A stretch of 63,938 bases of DNA, filler included, from Thelocarpon superellum (taxonomy: Eukaryota): the NCBI GenBank assembly GCA_026025795.1. It is 7 parts of 7 records of this genome, joined end to end, with 100 filler letters (N's around TTAATTAATTAA, not from the genome) between each part and the next. Parts side by side here need not be neighbours in the genome. Positions count along the whole stretch, not along the records: positions 1 to 9,419 come from JAPEUG010000568.1; positions 9,520 to 18,922 come from JAPEUG010000569.1; 5 more parts are not named here. One strand, written 5' to 3'. A model generated the notes under the pieces. That model did no database searches and was not told the origin of the DNA. It worked only from the letters and a program-made list of their open reading frames with translations. A program made the translations under genes and the position numbers. This document shows positions 1-13,500 of this stretch, piece by piece (position 1 is the first letter of the stretch; each line of letters opens with the position of its first letter).

Positions 1-596
1 ATCCCGATTTGCTCCCGTGAGATCCTCCCCTGCCTCCGGAAGGAGTACCCGTGGCGTGAGGATATTTCGTCCGATGATGCTCGGACGCGGTCGCGTATCC
101 CGAGGACAACGGGTTCGAGTGCGGGTGCGTGCCGTTATGCATGGGAGCACCAGACCGATACGGGCCATGTCCTGTCTTCACGCCGGTTCCGGTCGGGTAG
201 ATGATGGGCGTGTGGTGACCAAGGCCATGACCATGGCCATGGCCTGGGCTCACGCCAGTTCCAGACGGATGGCCTGGTACAGAGATATGGCCCAATGGAA
301 ATGGAAAGGGAGGTCTGATGACTGTGTGAGGAGCGTGGCTGAAACCACCCGGTCCCTTCAATGCGGTCGGATACAGATGTTGACCGGACGCTGGGCTGCC
401 GATATGCTTCGGGAGATCCGAAGGCGCCTGGATGGGTAGGTACCATAGATCAGCCATTGCGTCCTCGAGGATTGGCCACAGCTGGGCAACATACGTCACC
501 TCGACGGGCCAGACGCGGGTCCTCCTGAGCCGGACCACTGGCCGCGACGCTCAGAAGCAAGGCGGACGAAACCACAAGAGCGCTGTGGAGATACAT
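1..596 (-). CDS. Secreted His/Gly/Pro-rich protein, 3' end beyond the window edge
   Basis: ATG 596 gives signal-peptide-like MYLHSALVVSSALLLSVAA followed by a dibasic RR. A GTATGT..GCTGAT..CAG intron (494-428) joins in phase 0 to a frame open to position 1 (APSDLPKHIG...PGHGHGHGLGHH...YPTGTG...). Confidence 0.65.
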
Positions 597-1777
597 GGTG
601 ATGAGATTTGGAAATGAAAGGAAAGGACCGTGTGGACGGATCCGTGGAAAGAGCGTGGTGGCGGCGATGAATCTCGAGCAGACGACTACGGCGGAAGGAA
701 ACAAAGGATAGCCTCCTCATCGCACAGAGGCTCGGTCGGGATATATGGCATGGCGACTCGTGCGGACATGGACTGAGACAGAGACGGCGACGGTCACAGA
801 GGCAGCAGGTCTATGATTAGAAGATTACCCTCACCAACGCGTGTCGGCGGACCTCATCATCCGCAGATGCGGTGATGACCATCGCCCCACCGAGGGTGTG
901 GCACCAACCGGTCCGTCTGGCACGGCGGTGTTGGTAAGACCCGATGCGAGTCGACGTGGTTCGCGCCCAGTACTGCGGGAAATGGCTTGTGTACCTAGAC
1001 AAGACTCTAAGCAGTGTTCGAGATGGATACACCCGAGATGGCGTCAGCTGAGAAGTCAGGTCCCAACTTGCAAGCTGCAAGGTACCAGACACGGTGCCGT
1101 AGTGATGCGGGAGGACCCTTTGGATAAGGGTCCCGTCAGACGCCTCATCCGGCCCCCAGATGGCTTTCTAGAGCGCGAGCTGACGTCTGGCGTCCGTCGG
1201 CTCGTTGGCCCGTGGTTAATAGGGGAGGACGCCATGTTTCATTTTGGCCGGGAGGTCGCCATAGCCTCCCGGCTGATCTCATGTCGATGAACGTTTGGGG
1301 AGGGCGCCTGGAGTGAAGGAGTGGGTCGTTAATCGGGGAGCCTTCTGCGCGACGGAGCAACTGCCGTTAACGCCGTTTCGCTGCACAACCGCATTACACC
1401 ATCCAACGTCGAAGGGGTCGGTTGCCGCTGTGCCGCCCCCATCGCAAACGTCCTATGAAGCCATCGGTCTCACGTTATCATAACTCGACCATCTCCATCT
1501 ACCGACACCACACTCGTTTGTGGAGGGTATGACGTGCATTGTATCGCCCATGAGTACCAGTGGCAACGTGCCTCCGATATACACCTAGGTACACAAGATG
1601 TAACCCCCATTGGCGCCGAGTACTACTGATTGCATGAGCACGTGGCCACGAAGCTGCAATGAGAAAATGGAAATCATTCGCTCGTCGACATGAATCTGCG
1701 CCCAGCGTGGCAGCAATGCTGGGACGCATTCGCACACGCGCTTGTACCCGTACTCGTTCCCCCGTCCTCGGCACTCG

Positions 1778-4416
1778 TTAGCCGACGACGGCCTTCATGC
1801 TCAGGGTCTCGAGAAAGCCTGTGAGGTCCTCCTTCTTGACCTCAACCACGCAATGCTCAAAGCTGTCGATGCGCACGCGTGCCTTAGTCTCATCCACGAC
1901 CTCTTGGAAGGCGTTGCCAAACCGGTTGCGACCGCAGCTTCGACGCGCGGCGGCGTCCATCCCGTCCTCATCCGCATCCTCATCCTCATCCTCGTCCTCG
2001 CTGCTCTCCTCTTCCTCTTCCGTCGCCTCATCCTCCTCGCCGGCCGCCTCGCGACGTGCCGCCCGCTCGCGCTTCTGCAGCTCCTTGGCGGCTTGCCGTG
2101 CCTCGCGCTCGGTTTTCTTCTTCTCGCGCTGCGCTTTCCGCTCGCGTTGTCCCACCAGATCTACCGTCCCGCCGCCGCCACCCGTGCCCACCACCACGTA
2201 GACCCCTCGTCTTTCGTTCAATCCCGCCATGACCAGGGGTGTTCCGCGACCGTGCTTGCCCAGCCGGCCCTTTTGTTCCTTCTCTTGCTCAGCAATGGCC
2301 TCGCCCACCCAGAGCGCCAGCTTGGTGAGGGCGGCGGGGTGAGTGAAGAGCTGGACGTCGGGCCCCTCCTTGACCACCGACATGCGGAAGGCGCGGAGGT
2401 GGCGGATCTGCCGTTTCTCGATCAAGGACGTGCCGGTCCGGAGGATAGCACGATGGAGATGCATGGCCGTGGGCAACGCCGCCTTGAGCGCATCAATACT
2501 ATGTCATCGTCAGCGTCCCTTGCCCTACGTAAATGATCAGGCAGCCCTTCATACTTGTCGAGCGCGTCGTAAGCCTCCCAAAAGCGTCCCACCCACTCCT
2601 CGCCCTCCGCAGTGCCCTCCTCGTCAACGAGGGCACGTTCGTCGGCCCGACCATCCCATGAAGCACCTTCATCGAAGCCCACGACGCCCGAGCGGCCGAC
2701 CTCGAGGATGGCGCCCACGACGACGCCGACGTCGGTGGCACTCAGGCACGCTTTGAACCCCCAGTTGCGGACGAAGCCCCAGCCTTGGCGCCCGTGCTGC
2801 ACGCTCGCCTCGGGCGGCACCAGGCCGGTCAAGCCGTAAAGGGGGGCGTATTTGAGCAGGCTGGCCCGCAGGCCGCGCTTGAGCTCCATGTCCATGTGGG
2901 TGTAGCTCTGCTTGCACTGCGTCAGGGACACGCCCATCTTGGCGAGGAGCTTGTGCAGGCGTCGGCGACCGGCATCGCTCCAGATGTGCAGTCGCGCGGA
3001 CAGGTAGGGCGAGTGAAGCATGCTGTCGTAGAGACTCCAGTGACGGATCAGCAGAAAGCGTGGCTCCGGGGACAAGCGGATGGAGGTGTCGGCCGGCGAT
3101 CGGGCGTGAGTGGGAATGATGCCGGCCATCTCGCCGCGATTCATCTCCCGGCCCACGTCGGTCAGCTCGGGCGGATTCAGTCGTCGAACCTCGTCGCGCA
3201 ACAGCTGGCGCATCGCCTCGCCGCGCCGACCGCCCCACCCCGCCGCGCCGCCGAGCTCGTTGGCCTCGGTCTGGGTAATGCTCACGCCCATCATGCTGCG
3301 GCCATACAGCTCCAAGCTACTGACCCCGACGATGGCCCACCAGAGTAGGTCGTTATCCTCTCGACCCAGCTCCGACGCCAGCGAGTACATGAGCGCCGAG
3401 ACAGGCTCGGCGTAGGAATTCCCAAGCTCGTAGTATCGGCGCAGGACGTCCTCATGCTTCCGCCGTAACCGCATCAGCTGCCGACGGAGGCGTCGCGCCG
3501 ATGGCGCTCGCGGCGTCGTCGTCTGCCCCGACGTCGGCGCCACCGGTGAGATGGATCTTGATGGGGCCTTGGACACCGGCAGAGATCCGGACTGCGTCAC
3601 GTCAGCCAGGTCGCATGGGACAGGGGGGTGGTTTCGGTTCGTGCGTACCGAGTTGGTCCGTCGTCTGCGCCGCGGCCGATCGTCGTCCTCATCCTCATTG
3701 GCGTCGCCATCTGCGTCAGACCATGATTTACGCTTCCGCGTGGACGAGAGATTGGGCCCTTGTTCGTCCTCGCTTCCACTGCTCGACGTGTCGGACGTGT
3801 CGGAGCGGCCATCGTCGTCCACGTCGGGCATCTGCTCCAATGCGCAGTATGCGTCTCGTTCCGCGGCCAGCTCGTCGTCGATGTCGCCGTCGTCAAAGAC
3901 GAAGATGCCTCCGCGGCCAGGCTGGTAGGTTTTCAGGACGCGTCCGTTCTGCACCCCCGGCGTCTCGGTGCGGACGATGCTCTCGTCCGTGATGGGGCTC
4001 GCAGGCCGTCCGCCGAAGACGTTGCCGAGGTTCCATGGCCGACGTGCGTCCATGACCCAGACCTCGACGCCGCCCATGGCATCGTCCCCCTCCTCTGCCC
4101 TGTCTAAGCCCAGGATGGCGCTGAGGTCGACGAGACCACCGAGGCCAAGGCAAACGACGATGCCACCGGTACCGCCGTCCGAGGTCCGCATGGGCCGGAC
4201 GAGCCGCTCGCCCAGACTGGCCAGATCCCCATAGCCGGCGACGGGTTGGATCTTGTGGGGAATGTAGTCGCGTTTGAGCAGGGCGGTCAGGATGCGACAG
4301 CCGCAGAGGGCGTCGGGCTCAAGAGCGACGAGGACGAGCACGGGGGGCGAGAGGGGATGGTGGGTGCGCAACAAGTGCAGGTAGAGATGGGAGAAGAGGG
4401 AGCGTTGAAGATACAT
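1778..4416 (-). CDS. CDC45: DNA replication initiation factor Cdc45
   Basis: Cdc45 motifs LVALEPDALC, DARRPWNL, LIRHWSLYDSM, LLAKMG, NRFGNAF and DSFEHCVVEV. Introns at 3648-3592 and 2554-2499. Confidence 0.95.
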
Positions 4417-4600
4417 GGCGCCGGGGATGCCCCGCGCCGGGTCGAGAGGCCGCCTGAACCGTCAATCGCGCACAAGCCAAGACCATCAGTGGTGACGCAC
4501 GTGGCATGCAGCACGTTGACGCTTGGTGCCAACGAGTGGTGTGAGCGACGCTGGGTTCTTTGGGTCAGAACATGATCTTCGTGGTGGGGACGCGCCTTGG

Positions 4601-4878
4601 ACGCGTGGTGGGGAGGTCGAATCGAGCGATGTAGAGCTTGCGTGCAGGGCCAATGTGTTGACGAGGTGCACGTGCGATGCCCGCAGCACCGACTCAATGT
4701 CAGGAGTTCCTGTGCTGCTTGGATCGAGCAACGCGGAGACGATGATAGGGTGACGGGGTCCGCCAGGAAGTGAACTACGAGTCGGAAGGGCTCCGTTGTA
4801 TCGAAAGTCGATGGACGAGTATTCCTGCTCCCACGGCTACGGGTACGAGGACCTGGACGCCTCGACCAGGATACGCGT
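4601..4878. promoter_or_regulatory. Two MCB (ACGCGT) boxes in the CDC45/TFIIIC divergent promoter
   Basis: ACGCGT at 4601-4606 and 4873-4878. MBF regulation of replication genes is established in yeasts, but this hexamer is common in GC-rich DNA. Confidence 0.35.
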
Positions 4879-5214
4879 CGACCTCGCTGTCGTTTCCACT
4901 CGCGCTTCCGTCGTCGACCTATGGTCTGCATATGCGCGTGTTACTCGTCGTGGGTAAGCGCGGCACGGTCGGCCACCAACCATCATTCCCCTCTCGGAAA
5001 GCGGTGGCAGAAAAAGGCCCGCGACCGTACGAGTAACATTACTTCAGACGTGGACTATGTTCGTAACAGTCATCCGGCCAACTTGGTCAGATATGTGCCT
5101 GTACTGCTGGAGTGCCCCGCTGACTTCTGCCCCTCGTCCTGCGACCTACGGGTGCCGTCCATGGAGGGCTCCCGTCGATCTGGACGCTAAGCGTGGTGCT
5201 CGCTCCCCGCCGTG

Positions 5215-8200
5215 ATGGTACGGGAATTGACACTACCCTTCTTCCCTTCAGTACTCAATTGTGTCTCGTGGTCCCCGGACTGCGAGGTCGCCATTGCCGC
5301 AGGGGATCATGTCCACCTTCTGGTATGACATCCTGTGTGTCCGGCGTAGCATGCTCGCCAGGTCGACAGCCTGGGTGCAGAGGATTGTCTTTTGACCGTG
5401 GACAGCGTAGGTCCCCCAGGGTCCGGTTCAGGCGCTCTCCCAGCCCACGCACGATGGACCCGGAGTGCACTGGGACACCGCTCGGATTCGAACGGACGCC
5501 TTGAGTCGGTCGGAGCGTCGCCGCCTCCCAGGTCCTGGTGCGGGGATGTTTGACCTCAACCACGAGCAGGCTGCGCGTCACGTCGTGGCCGTCGCCTGGT
5601 CGCCCGCGGGCTTGGCCACGCATCGGCGATCCTTCCTAACCGTCCTTACATCGGATCACATCCTGTCCTTGTGGGAGCCATCCGCCGATCCACGGACAGG
5701 GTCGACGTGGAAACGAGCGCAAATCATCAACCATGCCATGAGACCCTTCCTGCCCGGGATGGAGCATGCCGAGGAAGAACGCAGCGCACAGGCAGAGAAT
5801 CAGCGGAATGCCCTGGCCCTCCATCGGCTGAGCGTTCGTGCCTTCGCCTGGAGCCGGCGGTGCCCCTCTCGCTCCACGTCATCAACCTGGTCCATCCTGG
5901 CCCTGGCGAATGAGCACCGCGAGATCCTCTTGCTCCGCATCCCACCAACACCGGACCTGCTCGTACCGTACGAGCGACCGGGGCAGGTGGAGGGCGTAGG
6001 TCGAATTCTGGTGGAGCAGGCTGCGGTGGAGTCCTCAAATGCAGCTCCCACCCCGAGGAACCTGGTCGACCGGCCCGTGGGCTATGCTGACACCCTGGCG
6101 TGGAGTCCCTGGCAAGACGACGGATTGCATCAGGATGCGTTCTTGGCATATATCACCAACGGCACCGTGGTCATCCACGGCGTGAATGTACTTCCGACGA
6201 GTGCTCATACCCGCGAGGTCCAAATCGCCCGTGAGGTGCTACGACCAATCCCACGGCATGAACAGCAAGGCGGGCTTCTAGCGTGGTGCGATCAGGTGCG
6301 TCAAAGTGTACCTAATCCTGTCTGATTGGAGGAAAGGCGCCTCCATCGCCATCTAATAAGATCAGATTATCCAAGGAGATAGGGTCCTTGCCGCCGCTAT
6401 GGGAGGACGACTCGCCCTCGTCACATTTGCACAAACGTATCGAGCTTTCCAGTCCACGTCTTCGCCCACGAAGACGTCAAGCACATGTCAATCTGTGGAC
6501 GGCGTGTCGGTACAACATTTCTCTCTAGACTTCTGGGAGCCAGCGAGCGGTAAGATCCTCGCGCGATGCACGATGCCGATCAAGAACGTGACCGGTGAGG
6601 TAGGGCTCTCCTTCACCCCTGGGCCCAACGACACGACATTACTCCACTTGCTCAGCCAGCAAGCGGCCGTCTTTCTCTTCCAGCGCTCGTCCGGCCGAGA
6701 ATGGAGGCGCGTGACGGAATCGCTCTTTGATCTCTCGAGCGTAGAGCATCCACTGCACCCGGCATGGCAACAAACCCTGGCAGATGATCTCTCCCAATTT
6801 GACAACGAACATGACCTCAATACTACGGCGGCAGCCAAGACGTGGGGCCTGGCGACCTCGCCGACGGGGACGGGCTCCGCCGTGGTCTTTACCATGCATC
6901 CCACCGATATGTGCGAGTATATCCTGGCGAGCGCGGAGCGGTCCCAGCTGGCCTTCAGCCATCATGGTCTGGAGCGAGCATCGACTGCGTGGGAGCACAC
7001 GTCCTTGCTCTCCATCGATCCAAGCCTCATGGAGCCCGCCCTGGCACCCGCGACTCGGCCTCTCCTCGGTGCCTGGTCTGCAGAGAAATGGAGCTCCGAG
7101 ACCGTGTACTTCGAGCTGCTGTGGGCCGGTCGACACGTCGCTCGTGCGGAGCCTGACTACGTCGCGCAGCGCACGTCTTATAAATCCGAGCTCCTGGTGC
7201 AATGGACCCCGTGGGCCCGGACAAGTGAGGGGCGAGAAAGCGGCAGGTAGGGCAACGTCTGACATGCGACCTCGGTCCGACGTCTTCCGCCGCACGAACC
7301 TGGACTGATGTAGGTGCGAACCAGCTCACGAGACGAGAGCGCAGACCATACCCGAGAATGGCTCGTACAGACGCTCTTCGATGATGCCCACTCCACGAAG
7401 CTGCACCACGAGCGTCTTCGTGACCTCCGCTGGGCTGCTTCGCTCGACCCGTTGCCCTCGCCTACGATGACCATGATGCGCACTCAGGCAGCGATGCTTG
7501 ATCCGAGGCTGCTCTGGCGTCAGATCGCCACCGTCCTCTCCCTCTCGCGCGCCTCGGTCGGGGAGAGTGTGCTGAGCCGCAAGATCATCTACGCGGCGGC
7601 GTGCGTGGGCAGCCTCGTCTTCGGCCGCGTGGAAGAGCTCCTCGAGCTCTGTGACTCGGCTTTCCATTGGCTCGAAGACACGTACCACGTATCCCTCGAT
7701 GTAGAGAAGCGCTGGGTCGACGAGCAGCGTGAGCATCGCGAGGAGCCGGAATGGGTCTACGACGTGGGCGCGGGAGTCATGAGGCCACTCCTCGAGACGT
7801 CCCCTCCCGACGCCGCCCATTTCTTGGACCTTTGCGAAATCTGCGGTGGATATATCGGGTGGACGGGATTCAGCACGGGTCAGTGCGAGAATCGGCATCG
7901 CTTCGGTGGGTGAACGCTTTGTCTCCTGTGCCCTGCGCTGTCGCTGCGCCACTTTTAACTCCTCGTTCTCTTAGTGCGATGCTCCTTGACCTTCCTCGCC
8001 ATCCAAGCACCTGGACGATCGAGATCCTGCGGCCTTTGCGGCCTGGAAGCCTTGAACGAGAGCGTGCTCCGGGTAGATGAGAGGTGCGAGACTGAGCCTG
8101 CGGCCAGGGAAGCAGGGGTCACTCTGCTCGGACCGCTCTCCGACTCTGACACCAACGCGAGTGGCACGGTCTCCTTTGCTCGCATCCTGTTCGCCGCATG

Positions 8201-8240
8201 CGATCGGTGCGTGCATTGCGGGGGAAAGTTTGCGCAGTAG
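5215..8240 (+). CDS. Transcription factor IIIC subunit (tau60/Sfc9/TFIIIC90-like; N-terminal TFIIIC-delta region and C-terminal zinc finger), multi-exon
   Basis: Exon 1 MVRELTLPFFPSVLNCVSWSPDCEVAIAAG (5215-5322) splices to 5411. AWSPAGLA..LTVLTS motif. C-terminal CEIC..C..HRF/RCSLTFLAIQAPG..CGLC..CVHCGGKF zinc finger. Confidence 0.8.
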
Positions 8241-9003
8241 CAGAAATGAAGGATGAGATCTACCTGAACACGGCGGAAGGCCTTGGATGGGCCGCGTGAT
8301 CGTATCAATCGAGTCTCCATTGAACGCGCTACTTTACCTGTACGTACTCATGCTGCCTCAGAAACACATGCTGAGGAATCCACGGTAAGACACGGGAACT
8401 TGCTCGGAGATGGCTCCCGGTTGTGGTGCTTGCAGCGAGCGGCGCAGCGTTCTTTTCCGCCTCATCAAACAGGGGCACTATGCATCTCCTGTCTCATCGC
8501 ATCACGCATGATGGGACTAGGGTCATGCCAAGGCGAGAGCCAACCCAGATCCTATGCGTCTCGCCCGCGGACGGCGCACTTCTTCTTCACTTTGTATCGC
8601 GTAGATCATGCTCCGCCTCCACCCATTGCTCACCAGCGCGCACACCGTGTGCTGCTCGGCACAGGTCTGTTTGGTCTCCCCATCCTAACAGGTGTTTCTG
8701 AACGATCTGGTTTCTCTCTTTGTGCATGAAACATGGGGATCAGGCAAGGGGCCGGAGGCTTGGATTCATGCGCATAGGCCTCCATCTTACCATCAAGCTA
8801 TGAGTCGTCACTCGATTCTTGTCGTCCCAGATGTTCATCCGGGCAAGTATAAACATGCCTCTCCCCTCTCGAGGCACGGTCCATGAAGAAACTTTGAACC
8901 TCATCCATTGCTGCATCTTCCGTTTTCCTGCCACGACGAGGGTCGAGCGATCAAGGCTTTTGTTCCTATCGACCCGTTAGTTCTTCGTCCATTGTTCTCC
9001 ATC

Positions 9004-9393
9004 ATGTTCATCAGGGCAGTCTTCGCGCTTGCTCTCCTTTGGTTCACGGTCCCCGGCTTCTGCGGCTACTCCACGGTGCTGGAAACCATCTTTGCCACGC
9101 CGTACATCGTGTCGAACATCCAATTCAACACGACGCAACGGCCGGACAAGAGCTGGAACGACACCATCACGTTCGAGGTGACGTCAAACCACACGCAATC
9201 CTCGACCTTCTGCTGGGTCAGCTTCTCCAACATTGCGCCGCCGCCCACCACCTTCTTCCCCTGCGACCACAGCCCGACCAACGACACATCGTTCCGGGTC
9301 AAGTTCAACACCAGCTTTGCTGACTGGAACGCCAACCCGAGTGTCATTCACCCTTTCACGCTCGGTATCTCGAATGCCTGGGAGTCGGTGTAG
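9004..9393 (+). CDS. Small secreted protein with an Alt a 1/AA1-like pattern, possibly truncated by the contig end
   Basis: Signal peptide MFIRAVFALALLWFTVPGFC. Alternating beta-strand pattern ITFEV..C..P..FFPC..FRVKF..FTLGI with two mature-region Cys. Splice-donor-like sequence near 9388-9398. Confidence 0.5.
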   Translation: MFIRAVFALALLWFTVPGFCGYSTVLETIFATPYIVSNIQFNTTQRPDKSWNDTITFEVTSNHTQSSTFCWVSFSNIAPPPTTFFPCDHSPTNDTSFRVKFNTSFADWNANPSVIHPFTLGISNAWESV

Positions 9394-9419
9394 TAAGTCT
9401 CTCGCTCTCGCCCCACGCT

Positions 9420-9519
9420 NNNNNNNNNNNNNNNNNNNNNNNNNNNNNNNNNNNNNNNNNNNNTTAATTAATTAANNNNNNNNNNNNNNNNNNNNNNNNN
9501 NNNNNNNNNNNNNNNNNNN
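9420..9519. other. Artificial contig linker
   Basis: N44-TTAATTAATTAA-N44, which gives stops in all six frames. Confidence 0.98.
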
Positions 9520-9520
9520 C

Positions 9521-10530
9521 GGCGGGAGTGGTCAGGCCCTGGGAGCGGGCAATCCACGATCCGGAGGCTCGGGATACGGAGGGTTAGGTCGGACCAATAG
9601 CCGCGACACCACGACCACGGATGATAACCGTGATGCGCTGTTTGGTGGGGCCCAAGATCGCTATGCACAGCGATCGAATGCCCGATCCCAGCCCAGTGGA
9701 TACGGCGGCCCGCCGGGTGCCTATGGCACCGAAGACAGTGGTTATGGTGCTTACGGCGAAGAGAGACAGCTCACGGCGGAGGAGGCCGAAGAAGAGGATA
9801 TCCAGGCGACCAAGCAGCAGATTCGATTCATGAAGCAGGAGGACGTGGGCTCGACCCGCAACGCCCTCCGTATCGCCGCCCAAGCGGAGGAGACGGGCCG
9901 GGCGACGCTGGAGCGGCTTGGAGCCCAGGGCGAGCGGATCTACAACACGGAGAAGAACCTCGACCTCGCCGCCAATCAGAATCGAATCGCCGAGGATCGG
10001 GCCAAGGAGCTGAAGACCCTGAACAAAAGTATGTTCGCCGTGCACGTGTCGAACCCCTTCACCAAGGCCCAGCGGAAGCAGCAACGTCAGGACGAGATCA
10101 TGGACCGGCATCGAGAGGAGCGCGAGGCACGGGAGGCCAACCGCGCCGGGGCCTACGAGTCTCGCGCCCGTGTCGAGGGTGCCTTCAAGGGGATGCAATC
10201 AGGCGACGCCGCAAGCAACAAGAAGGCCAGTCTGGCGGAGCGTGCCAAGTATCAGTTCGAGGCCGACAGTGAAGACGACGAGATGGAGAACGAGATCGAC
10301 AGCAACCTGGATGCCCTAAGTGGAGCGGCAGCGCGACTCAACGTCATCGCCCGCGCCACGGGCAAGGAGGTGGACGAACAGAATGAGCACATCTCGCGCA
10401 TTCACGGAAAGGTCGGTCCAGTCCACGTTCCCTCCAGTGGCCCACGGAATTGCTGCTAATGCCCGCACAGAGCGACAAGGTCGACGACATGATCCATATG
10501 AACCGAAAGCGACTCGATCGGATTCATTAA
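9521..10530 (+). CDS. SEC9: t-SNARE Sec9 (SNAP-25 family), 5'-partial
   Basis: Two SNARE domains: STRNALRIAAQAEETGRATLERLGAQGERI and EDDEMENEIDSNLDAL..GKEVDEQN. Intron 10412-10470; last exon SDKVDDMIHMNRKRLDRIH*. Confidence 0.93.
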
Positions 10531-13500
10531 CGAGGCAGCTGTCTCCCTTAGTCTTGCCCTCGGCCTACCGGTGGCCAACGACGAGAGGCGGGTCTTCTTG
10601 TCATGGTCGGCGTGGAAAAGGGAAATTAAGCCAGCGCTCACCACCGTCGGTCGTGAGGACGGCTCCATTCATGGCGGCCGGCACGGTATCTACGAAGACC
10701 CCTTGTGCTCGCTGGAGATGGATGGATCAACTATCTCCTATGCCCTTCCCTTTGTCATCGCCCTCCCAGTTCGAACAGACAGACAGGCACTTTGCTCGGC
10801 ACTGTCTGAGGGCGTGACCGGGCCAGAGGTGGGATCAACTGGCTGACAACAACGCCTCCTTATTTTCATCTACCTCCCTATCTCTCAACATGTCCATAGT
10901 CTTCGTTGGTGCTGCAAATACGCTGGACGTGCGGCACAAGCCTGGCTTCGTGCTGCACAACCTTCACCATCCGATGCGTGCAACGTCTGGGGGAAACGGT
11001 AGAATTGGTCATGGTCAGAAAAACACCCTCCTTTCCTGGTATTGCGCACAGTCATGATTCTCCGACACGCTCGTTCCAACGATCGCTGTCCCGCCCACGG
11101 CTCTGGAACGTCTCAAGCTGCCAACGCCGAGGACCGAAGCCGACCCGTCCAACAGTCGCCACCTAGTTTCTCTCCCTCGTCTCACTCCTCCCCCCTCCTC
11201 TTCCACCTCCTCCCCCACCATCGACCCCCTCTTCTATGGCCGACGATCCTTCACAATGGTACTAAGAATACACACGGCTCTTGAGCCGCGGGAAGCATCG
11301 CTGCAGCATGCACGCTGCAAGGTACGGGTGATTGCCTTCCACCCCAGGCCGCCTCCCCTTTCAGGGCCGCCAAATCAGTCACGCGCGAGGGCGGTGCTGG
11401 AAATAGTGCGGTCGGCTGTTGCCGTGCTCTCCTCGGCCAATACCACCACCCCGCCAAGCATCATCTCATCTAGTAACCGGTGCTGTGACTGATTCCATAC
11501 CACTGCTTCTGGCCGTTGCAGCCCTAAGGCCGGACAGCGGGTCACGACCTAGTTCACCATTCTCGGCGCCGGACACCGGACACCATTCCAGATGCTTGCC
11601 TCGACCGTGTCAGCTCCTGCACGGCACAAGAAGACATCTCATCTCAGGCTAGATGTCGCACGCGCTGCGAGTGATGGGAATGATTAGGCTCAGGAGTTCG
11701 TCATCTTCCCTGTCCCTCTCTCCCCTCCTCGCTCTCCCCCCGTCCCACTCTCGCGCCAGATCCAAGTGCGTCTGCCTATCCCTGACCTCGATGGACGGCC
11801 AAGGGTAGATGAGACGGCGGAGGTCTAGAGCGGCCCTAGAAGCTTGCCCGAGATCGGGAGGGAAGAATCTTTCCGCACTGTAGGGGAGCGGACGAGACTA
11901 GGTTGCTATCCCGGCCAACGACGACGACGACCAAGATTAAGCCGACGACGCCGGCGTGCTTCAGACTTTCGTACCTGACTAGCTAGCTGCCACCGTGCCC
12001 CAAAGTCAGGTGCGAGTACAGGGCCACCATTCTTAGTCTCGACGTGCACCAAACCATCAGACAGGACGGGTGAGCTACTCGTGACCTCTACGGACGAATC
12101 GTTCCAGTCGTCGCTATTCCTGGTCCACGTTGCCGAGGGGTGGTGTTGGCCTGACTTTGCCGTCCCGTCCGGCCGGCGCTGGCCTTTTCTCCGTCTTCTT
12201 CAGCGGTTCCATAATTGGCTGGGGGATGGAACAAACTCTCGTCCGGGCACCTTCACTTACGCGCATGCGCACAAACGCCACACACATCCCTCTCCCCTCC
12301 CTCCTTCCGACCCTCTAGCCCCCGCCAACGGCCACACCACCGCCGGGGCAGCTTCAGATTACCTCCTCCACTCGCCTCCTCATCTCCACATCCGCGCGCA
12401 CCCACATGGAGGTGCAGGTTACGAGGCACGTGCAGGCCCAGTAGTGCCACAGGCACTTAGCCCATCTCCCTACGGTGCGACTAGGATGCGTATTGGTGGC
12501 TAGTATGGACGCCAATTCCTATTATTGGACTCGGCGTCGGCGTCGTCTCAGGGGTCAAGCTACCAGGCGTTGGCTAGAAGGCGGATGGAAATTGCGGATC
12601 TGCCGCACCGTCGACATGGGTAAGTGTGGTTGGGACGAGCACGCTGGTTGGTGCTGCGCGACACGTAGCACGGCGCCCAGGAACTTACGGTACGACTTCG
12701 TCCTGGTACCTGAATGATGGCGCCACGGCACAAGGCGTGCATTGCGCAACTCGGGAGCTACGGTAGGCCAGTTGACTCGGCGCACGAGACCGCGGTTGGA
12801 GTAGGCGAGGCGATCGCGGAACACTGGCCACCACATGGTCATTTCGTCGAACACACTTCGCAGGAGCCGGGCGGGACTACTGGACGCGAGACAGAGACGA
12901 GGGCGTACGGGACGCGAGGGTCGCCAAAGCTGCAATCTTGGTCGCTGGCCCCAAGCTCCTTCCCCCCACCTTCGCGTCGCAGTACTCGCTGCTGGCCGTC
13001 GCGCCTCCCGGTTGTCGTCAGTAGTTGGCCGTCGATCGCGCATGAAACACACGACGATCACCGCTGACACGCTCAAGCGTCGAAAAGTGACACGAGCCTC
13101 GACTCCACTTCCGTGACAGGCGCTCGGCTCGACTCGGTGCGATATCGATCATCTGGATCGTCGCGATCACCGCTGTGCAGTCTTCTATTTTCGCACCGCC
13201 CCCCGCTTCCACGTTTCTACTCATGGCTCGAACGGCGCGGCGGCCGGTAGGGTCCCGCGACCGCCGGCGTAGTATCGCGAGTTTCGATAGTCGAGGGCGG
13301 TGATGAGAAGCGGTGAGGGCGACGTTGGAGTCGCCCGCTGCCCCGCTCCTGGAGGGTCCCATGGCATCAGCGGCGGATGCGGTCCAGCGAGGTCAGGCAC
13401 CCACTGTCGTCACCTCGGATGAGAGCATCTCCGCGCCTCGCCGTCATCGTTATCAACGTCATCGAGCAGGCGTGCCTGAGGTAGCGTTGGGCGCCCTGGC

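Noticed and set aside
9464..9475. Recurrent TTAATTAATTAA palindrome about every 9.4 kb, as a biological repeat or array
   Set aside because: It is always centred in N44 pads, so it is an artificial linker.
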